A DNA stretch of 64,000 bases, taken from positions 41,044,001 through 41,108,000 of the forward strand of contig OZ024749.1 in assembly GCA_964016885.1 (NCBI GenBank), in the 5' to 3' direction. Made by a program: the position numbers and the translations under genes. This document shows, in pieces, positions 55,531 to 64,000 of this stretch. Below the pieces are notes generated by a model that was given only the letters and a program-made list of their open reading frames with translations, did not search any database and was not told the DNA's origin. Positions within the stretch are counted from its first letter, which is position 1, and every line of letters begins with the position of its first letter. This stretch comes from Eledone cirrhosa (lineage: Eukaryota).

Positions 55531-56733
55531 AAGAATGAGAAATTAGATAGATTGAAGGGATGGGCAGGGTAAAATATGAATATATATGTGCGTGTGTGGT
55601 AGGTTGGTGGTGGGCTGTAGTCGGTTCTAGTGAATATAATGGGAGAGGACTATGGTGTTGTGTCGTATGGTGTAGATGAGTGGGGCTGGTGGAGTGGAGC
55701 ATGATGAGGTGTTGTGTGGGCTGTAGTGAGCTCTAGTTGAGTGTAGTGGTGTGGTGCCCAGGAAGAGGAGAGGTAGGGATTAGGGGGAAATTTATTATGA
55801 TTAGTTGTCAGGTTTTACAGTGAATCTGTCAAAATCTAAACCAGATCAATATTTATTTACTTAACTCCTTTCATACCAAAATACATGAAACTGCCATTCC
55901 TCTGAATCTACGATACAAAAATGTTTAATTTAACTATTTCCTAACCATATGTCTAATAAAATACATGCTATTTCAGTTAATTAATGGAGAATTTTGAGAG
56001 TTTTACTAAATTAATTATTTAATTACTAACTTAGTAGCCTGGAATATAGTTCTTATATAAAATTGTGTTGGGATATTTTGATTTAAATAGGAATGGTTTT
56101 GTTTCATAGAACCAGACCCAGTTTTGGTCATGTGGGTATCAGAAAGGTTAAGAATCATTGTAATGATGATGATAGTGATGATGATAAGGTTCATGATGAT
56201 GGTGATGGTGGTGGTGGCAATTGTGTAGATGTTCATGATGATGATGGTAATGATTGTGGTGGTGGTCATGGTGTTGATGGTGATAACGATGATGATGATG
56301 ATGGCGATGATGTTGATGATGATGATTGTGGTGGTGGTGATGGTGATGGTGACAATGATGATTTTTCTGTTTATACTGTCAATAACTTGAAATAAATCAA
56401 AACCATGACAGTCTCATTTCCTCTCCCCAATAAATCTGAAACCTTTTATCTATGCCTATATTATTGATGTTTTATTTACCAATAAATTATACTCAAATAT
56501 AAGCCAAAGAATATGTGACCAAAAAAAATCGATGGTAGAAGGGGGTCAGTTTATATTCAGAGTCAATATTTTGACGATTTCTACCAACTTCAAATTCTAT
56601 GTAAATAAGGTTTGAACTTTTGCCCAATTCTCAGACATAAAATAGTAAAGTCAGCTTATATCCGTATTGGTTTATATTCGAGTATATACAGTAATTTTAA
56701 AAAATCTTATTTTTATAAATATATTTACTCTGG

Positions 56734-56761
56734 TCTTTTTTTTTTTTTTTTCCAGGTAAGA
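56734..56761 (+). promoter_or_regulatory. Recursive-splice-site-like motif (poly-Y CAG|GTAAGA)
   Basis: tc(t)16ccag immediately followed by gtaaga, same strand as the putative exon 1. Confidence 0.4.
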
Positions 56762-56976
56762 AATTAATTTGGTTCAGTTCACATAAAGGTAAACATTTCT
56801 TTTGGTATAATTTGAACGACCATTCACAGACGGGTGTGATATTGTGGTTAAGAAGTTTGTTTTGTAACCATATGGTCATAGGTTCTGTTCTATCTCACAT
56901 AGACTTGTGACTTTCACTGCAGCCTTCGTTGACCAGTGACTTGAGTTAATCTAGTAGATGTAAATTGTACAATGTT

Positions 56977-57049
<73 letters not shown>

Positions 57050-57394
57050 TTTAGGAAGAGCAACCAGCCATAGACACCAAGCCAAAATCAGTTCTATGTG
57101 AATGAAACACGGTCCTTTGACCTGGATCTTACACAACAGGACAGCCTGTCCTATCCATGCTAGCATGGAAAATGGACGTTAAATGATGATGACATATATA
57201 TATATATACAATCTCTCTCTCTCTCTCCCTCTATACATACATATACACACACACAGACACGTGTATGTGTATATAAACAGAAAAAGAGAAAGAGAGGTTT
57301 GGCTGTGCAAACGGGAGCAATAAAACTGAGTACATGAATAGTGTTATATATTGTATGTCTATGAAACCAGTTAGTAATGCATCAATAAGTCAAA

Positions 57395-57460
<66 letters not shown>

Positions 57461-57918
57461 GTATATATATATATATATATATATATATCATCTCCTCAAC
57501 CTTCCCTATTATCTGTTCATTGCTCTTTACTTTCAATTGTACCTACACCTTTATGTGTGTGTGTATATATATATATATATGTATATATAGGTATATAATA
57601 TGTATATAATATTTATATAGCAGTATAGGTATATATTTATAAGACAATGTGAAATTGCCTAAATGAATGTATTAACTGAAGTGAAAGTGGCCTGCAGCCA
57701 AAACTGCTGTAAATTACAGACCACAACACATTGATATAACCATAATTAACTTAACAACTCTTCTTTACAATCATCTTTTACCTTTTGTCTCTACACTGCT
57801 TTGGCCAGCTATATATATATAGATATACACACTGTATATATACATATATACTATATTATATTAATGTTCTGGCTGTGTTGCCATTGCGTGTGTGTCTGCG
57901 TGTAGAATGTGTATATAT

Positions 57919-58250
57919 GGAGGCACATGGCTTAGTGGTTAGAGCATTGGCCTTGCAATCGAAAGGTTGTGAGTTCAATTCTTAGACCGAGTGATGTGTT
58001 GTTTCCTTGAGCAAGACACTTTATTTCACATTGCTCCAGTTTACTCAGCTGTAAAAATGAGATGATAGGGACTGGGGTCCATATCATTCCACTGCAAAGT
58101 GGTCGTGGAGGTGCCACGGAAAACGAGCACCTAGCACTCATTGTAAATGAGGTTGGTGTTAGGAAGGGCATCCAGCTGTAGAAATCAAGCCAGGATCAGT
58201 CCCGTCCCACCCTTGCAAGCAGGGAAAAAGCGGACGTAAAATGAAATGAT
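57919..58250 (+). mobile_element. CORE-SINE family B, full length
   Basis: Near-identical to 4131-4470. Confidence 0.9.
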
Positions 58251-58310
58251 CACTAAATATCTAAATATATAGTTTTTATATAATCTATCTGTATCTACCT
58301 CAGTGTCTTA

Positions 58311-58358
<48 letters not shown>

Positions 58359-58591
58359 TGTCTTTTATTCTTGTACTAGCTTTAGACATTGGACTATGGC
58401 CATACTGAAGCTCTGTCTTGCTTATGTGTATCTCCCCATCTCACCCCCTGCACTTGTTAGGAAGGGGCTTTTCCAATGGCCTTCACAGTCCCTCCAAGAC
58501 TGGAGAGATTAATGCTGTTGGTCTTCTGCTTCCTCTCCGTCCCTCACATTGCATCCTCCTCTTTTATATATTTATATATAAAATATATCAG

Positions 58592-59224
58592 ACTGTATGA
58601 TGTGTGCATACGAACAGCAATGTTACATGATAGTGAGACATGGCCATTGTGTGTAGAAGACTTGTGTAGATTAGAAAGAAACGAAGCTTGCATGCTCCGA
58701 TGGATGTGTAATAGTAATATATGCAAAAGGCAAAGCATAAACGAATTGAGAGAGAGACTGAGCATAAGAGGAATCAGATGCTGTGTGCAGGAGAGGAGGC
58801 TGCATTGGTATGGACATGTGATGCGTATGAAGGATGACAGCTGCATAAAAAGGTGCAGACCACTAGAAGTCGATGGAAGCTGTGGAGTGGGGAGATCCAA
58901 GAAGACCTGGGATGAGGTGATAAAAGCCGACCTTACCCAGTAATACAGAAGACCCCCCCCCCAGGTACAAGCCGAAGGTGAAGCATATAGACAATATGAC
59001 TCCCCCCTCCCTCTGTAAAGTGGTCGTGGAGGTGTCACGGCAAAAAAGCACCCACCACTCAATGTAAATGAGGTTGGTGTTAGGAAGGGCATCCAGCTGT
59101 AGAAATCAAGCCAGAATCAGTTCCTGTATGAGCAAGACAAGGTCAGCCGACCGGACACTGCCCACAACAGGACAATCCAGCTAACCCATGCTAGCATGGA
59201 AGAACGGACGTAAAATGATGATGA
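58592..59224 (+). pseudogene. 5'-truncated RTE LINE: ORF C-terminus plus 3' UTR
   Basis: RLYDVCIRTAMLHDSETW...RRLHWYGHVMRM...GRSKKTW; tail ends in (ATG)n. Confidence 0.92.
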
Positions 59225-59250
59225 TATATATATATACACACACATATATA

Positions 59251-59325
59251 CAGGGTGTCCCCCAAAAATGTATACACACTTCCTTCAACAACATAAATAT
59301 GTATACATTTTTTGGGGATACCATG
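59251..59325. mobile_element. Tiny mariner-type MITE
   Basis: TA-cagggtgtcccccaaaaatgtataca / tgtatacattttttggggataccatg-TA; a half copy at 60207. Confidence 0.75.
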
Positions 59326-59824
59326 TATATATATATATATATTCTATATAAATATTCTATATTCCAACCTCAAAGAGTTTTTTCCATTTCAACGAAAAAG
59401 GCAATGATCATATTTCAAATTTGACATTAAACGAAAATAAAAAGACTATAGATGATGTGGATGATGATGGTGATGGTGATGCTGGTTTTAGTTGTGGTAG
59501 TGTTGGTGGTGGTGATGATGTGATGATGCTGGCTTTAGTGGTGGTAGTGTTGGTAGTGATGATGATGGTGATAGTGACGATGATGGTGATGATGATGATG
59601 CGTACTATAATAATTAAATTCCATTGTTTATCTTGTCATTTATTGAATTATTCATAAATATGTTTATATTTTATATGTTATCTTATTTTTTTCCAAACTA
59701 ATTCTATAAAAGACAAGTTGACAGTAATTGAAGAGTTTTCTAAGATAAACCTACTTTACATATTTCTTCTAGTAAAACATTTACATATGTCTACATAACA
59801 TATGTCAGTGTTTGCGTGTGCATT

Positions 59825-60007
59825 GAATTGGCAGTATCGGTAGAGGGTTGGACGCCATGCTTTCTAGTATAGTTACGTCCCTTTACAGACAGAGTTCAAA
59901 TCCCGCCGAGGTTAACTTTGCCTTTCATCCTTACGGGGGTCGATAAAATAAAGTACCAGTAATGTACTGGGTAATTGCTGGCCATGTGCCTAAAGTAGAA
60001 ACAATTA
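59825..60007 (+). mobile_element. SINE family A
   Basis: A and B boxes and core. Confidence 0.88.
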
Positions 60008-60070
60008 TATATATATATATATATACATACAGACATTCACACACTCTCTCTCTCTCTCTCTCTCTCACAC

Positions 60071-60118
<48 letters not shown>

Positions 60119-60255
60119 CCACCACCACCACCACCACCACCATCATTTAACATCCATTTTTCCACACTAGCATGGGTTAGACGATATATATATATACATA
60201 CATATACAGGGTGTCCCCCAAAAAGTTTCAGATGTTAAAGTCCTTTATTGATAAT

Positions 60256-60330
60256 GCTGTGATACATATTTCAATGACGACAGTAGCCACATGATTCTGT
60301 GTACCCAGTGCCATGACATCATCAGACAGC
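60256..60330 (-). ncRNA. Type I hammerhead with long stem II
   Basis: Minus strand: gcugu CUGAUGA [46-nt hairpin] GAAA uaugu AUC acagc; core intact, base of stem II imperfect. Confidence 0.65.
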
Positions 60331-60462
60331 TTCTTATATAATAAGGTTACTTTCCCAAGGCAATCCAAACAGAAACGACAAGGGAACAGACAAGGTGTGT
60401 GTTTTGGGATCGCTCGGCCATATGTATATAAGAAATTTCTCTCTCTTTCTCTCATATATATA

Positions 60463-60511
<49 letters not shown>

Positions 60512-60524
60512 TAAATTTCTTATC

Positions 60525-60690
60525 GAAATGACATTTACTGGACTAGAACTGTTCCAATTATTTGAACTCATTGGGTATGCCCTGATCATTTCAGACAAAT
60601 GAAACAGTTCTAGTCCTGTAGGTGTAATTTCTATATGAAATAAATGTCTACCTTCTCTACTAATGTATTGAGTACCATATTTAACTTTGC
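60525..60690 (+). mobile_element. Older fold-back copy of the 39038 family
   Basis: ggactagaactgtt / aacagttctagtcc arms; ctgatca...gaaac; tail motif at 60655. Confidence 0.55.
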
Positions 60691-60789
60691 TTTCCTTCTG
60701 TTCCTCTTCAGCTAGCCATTCTTAATTATTATTCATCATCATTTTATGTCCCCTGTTCCATGCTTGCATAGGTTGGATGGGTCTTTTCC

Positions 60790-61175
60790 CAACAACAACC
60801 CTGAGCACCTTTTTGAATTCCATGTGTCTAACATTCGTGGACATGCTTACAAAATCAGAAAACAGCACAGCTGCCATGACTTTTGGAAACCCTTTTTTCA
60901 TGCTCAGAGTTGCTGAAACATGGAACAACCTACCTGCGTCTGTTGTTAGCTGTCGGGGGCATTGCATCCTTCAAAATTTCCATGCTTCCTGAAATTCACC
61001 AACACTACACCTGATATTCCTCCGCCATACACATATATGCATGTATCTGTGTGTAAATCATGACTCATACACTGTTTCACTTTCCTGACATTTGTACATT
61101 GTTCTATGTACTATACAAGCATCTTTGATGAGTTGTAGTGCACCTGAGCACTGTACACAATAAGTTTCATTATTA
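60790..61175 (+). pseudogene. CR1-like LINE ORF2 C-terminus and 3' UTR
   Basis: NIRGHAYKIRK...FF / RVAETWNNLPASVV with frameshifts; (ATT)n tail. Confidence 0.85.
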
Positions 61176-62182
61176 TATTTTTATTTTTTTCAGTACAGTT
61201 TCTCCCCACTCATCATATTCCATCATCATCATCTCTAAGAGCTTCTGCAATTTCATGTCAGCCCTCACCACCTCTGCCCAGATTTCCCTTGGTCTTTCTC
61301 TACTGCTGGTGATGGTGGTGGTGATGGTTGAGAATATTGTAAACAAATATATAGAGATTGCAATGATGATATTACTACTACTACTACTACTACTACTACC
61401 AATGTTACTGATAGTAATAATAATGATGATGATGATGATGTTGATAATGACCAGACCACCAACAGGCAGTACATTATTGTGGTTTATAGGTCACGACATT
61501 GCAATTTAGTTACAGTAGGTCATTGGTGTTTTACAATCACCGCCAACACCATCCCCACCATATCATTTACTACATCCACACTATTCCCTGCCTTAACCGC
61601 TACCATCACCATCATCAACCTTACCATCCACCAAAATCAACTCAACCACCAATAATACCACCATCACTAACAACAACACCAACACCAACACTACCAACAA
61701 CAACACCGCCACCACCAATACCACCAACAACAACAACACCACCACCACCATCAACAACACCACCACCATCAACAACACCAACAACAACACCACCACCAAT
61801 ACTACCACCACCACCAACAACAACACAACCACCAATACCACCAACACCACCACCACTACCAACACCACCAATACCACCACTAACAACAGCACTATCACCA
61901 CAGTTCTATATTACACCATGTTCCCCTGAGAAACCAGAACTATTGAACACACAATGAATGTTAATATATCATTTAAAATGAAACAAAACTTAAGTGGTAT
62001 TACTTGGATAGTTGCCTGGTTAGATGGTTAATTCTTCTGTCTATGTATGTGTGTGTTGGTATCTGTGTTGGTGGCTCTGTATGTGTGTGTGTATTGGTAT
62101 CTGTGTTGGTGGCTGTGTGTGTGTATTGGTATGTGTTGGTGGTTGTGTGTGTATTGGTATCTGTGTTGGTGAGTGTGTTTGT

Positions 62183-62230
<48 letters not shown>

Positions 62231-62243
62231 ATGTATGTATATA

Positions 62244-62436
62244 CAAGGGTCAGCTGAAAAGTTCAAAGGCTGACCAAGATACTCTCATGGCCAAATGAGG
62301 TTTATTTTTCAACATAGTCCCTGGAAAGAAACAATGCAGGTATTAATCAGAAGAGTTGAAATTAATGCATACAAGATTTCACAGCACTAGCATCACTCCT
62401 TCATAGTCAGCCTATGAACTTTTCAGACCAACCTTG
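62244..62436. mobile_element. mariner-type MITE
   Basis: TA-caagggtcagctgaaaagttcaaaggctgac / gtcagcctatgaacttttcagaccaaccttg-TA. Confidence 0.8.
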
Positions 62437-62516
62437 TATATACATACATATATATGTGTGTGTGTGTGAGTTGGTGCCACTCTGCCATGACAAAAAGCAC
62501 CTCATCCACCATTTAA

Positions 62517-62712
62517 CCCTTTAGCATTTACATTACTCTATACATACTATTGTATTTTCATGGTAAAGGCTTTACCTTACATAATTATCTCACATAATAT
62601 CGAATCTATGAGATTTTGATGTTATTTATTTTGAGAACAATACCTTATCATCAGTATGGGTGGCCAGTTGCAGCTGGTTTGAATAGAAAGAGGTATAGAG
62701 TAATGTCAATGG
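62517..62712. mobile_element. piggyBac-type MITE, family 1
   Basis: TTAA-ccctttagcattta; right end degenerate. Confidence 0.75.
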
Positions 62713-63224
62713 TTAAGGTTTAGAAATGTTCTTCTGTGAGGTCTGATCTTTAGATGGCTACCTAGTTGACTTTACTGATATCCCCAACCCTTCCTGTAAG
62801 TATTCCTACACACCTTTATTCTGAATCAGGCTATGTTAGTGCTATTGCTACTTAAACGAAGGACATTCAACAATGATGAATCTGCTTTCTATTGCACTTC
62901 AGTCCTACTTCACATTGTCTGTTGATAGATAACAATAAGACTTAACCTTTCACCTGTCTGAAGGACCCCAAAACAGCTAGACAGTGCAATACAAGAGCAG
63001 ACAATGTAGTACAAAATATGGGGTGAAGAGTTCTTATCACGTGGAGGAGTGATAAGATAAAGGGTTTGGAAGATGTTAATATTTAAGAAGAGAGAATGTG
63101 ATAAGTATAAAGGATGGTTTAATGAACCATAGAAATGTCAGGTTGAACGCATATCTGTATTCTATTAATTGCTTTCTGTAACAAATACGGAATGGCTGGC
63201 TGTTATAGTGTTGGTGTTGTCTAT

Positions 63225-63672
63225 AGTGATGTCTGAAGGCTGTACCAGTCATATACTGAGGTCTGGGAGTTGCTATAATAAAGGGAGCAATATGTCAATA
63301 TTTGAGGTGTGATGCCAATAGTTAACGTCTGAATGTTATCCCAGTTATAATGATAATACGGAAAATGATTGTGTACAGTGCTCAGGTGCACTACAACTCA
63401 TCAAATGTGCATGTATAGTACATAGAATAATGTACAAATGTCAGAAAAGTGGGAGTTGCTATATGTCCCTCCATACTTGACATGCAATATCAACAGTTAA
63501 TGTTTGAAGGCTGTACCAGTTATGTATTGGTGTCTACCATAATAAAGACTGCAATATGTCCCTACTTGATGTACAATATCAATAGCTAATGTCTGAAGGC
63601 TGTACCAGTTATGTACCAGTGTTTTCATATAATAAAGACTGCTATGTCAATAGCTAATATCTGAAGGCTACA
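63225..63672. repeat. Degenerate ~90-bp tandem repeat interrupted by a CR1 tail (63352-63450)
   Basis: atgt(c/t)tgaaggctgtaccagt recurs at 63229, 63500 and 63590. Confidence 0.7.
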
Positions 63673-64000
63673 TCTTAAGTGTGATATTGCTGTAATATTT
63701 CCTTGTTTTGCCTCTTCCATTCTATAACACTTGACGTTCTTCTGTCTGGCACCTCACACATATATACACACATCTACACACACACGTGTGTCTGTGTAGT
63801 CAGGGATATACTACTACACTGGCATTTCTACCATTGCTGCTGCTATTTTTGATGTTGCTGTTGGTATTACTGTTACTGTTGCAGCATTTCTGCTGCTACT
63901 GGTGTTGCTGTTGGTAGTAGTTGTTGTGGTGATGATGATGGTGGTGGTAGTAGAGGTGATGTTGGTAGTGGTGGCGGTGGTGTTGTTCTTAGCTGTGGTG

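Overview
AT-rich, microsatellite-dense, essentially non-coding animal DNA. Its repeats (tRNA-derived Meta-core and CORE SINEs, RTE and CR1 LINE remnants, TTAA- and TA-flanked MITEs) point to an octopod cephalopod; this is an inference from recalled repeat families, not a database match. Almost all ORFs in the track are simple-repeat artefacts. The only host-gene signal is a probable first exon on + (Inr-like TCAGT near 9683, about 285 nt with no ATG, then acaATGGCTGTTAG|GTAAGT at 9968-9984). The rest would then be one long intron, with a recursive-splice-like (T)nCCAG|GTAAG at 56755. Three patterns stand out. (1) Eight minimal type I hammerhead-ribozyme folds, plus four weaker remnants, of the kind found in Penelope-like element repeats. 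(2) A small bulged hairpin (CTC-TAC-loop-GTA-TT-GAG, once with a compensatory TGC/GCA change) that recurs roughly 35-80 nt downstream of the GAAA core in otherwise unrelated families, several capped by 5' fold-back copies. (3) Many local inverted duplications, often at retro-insertion junctions. All structures were paired by eye; none was computed or tested.
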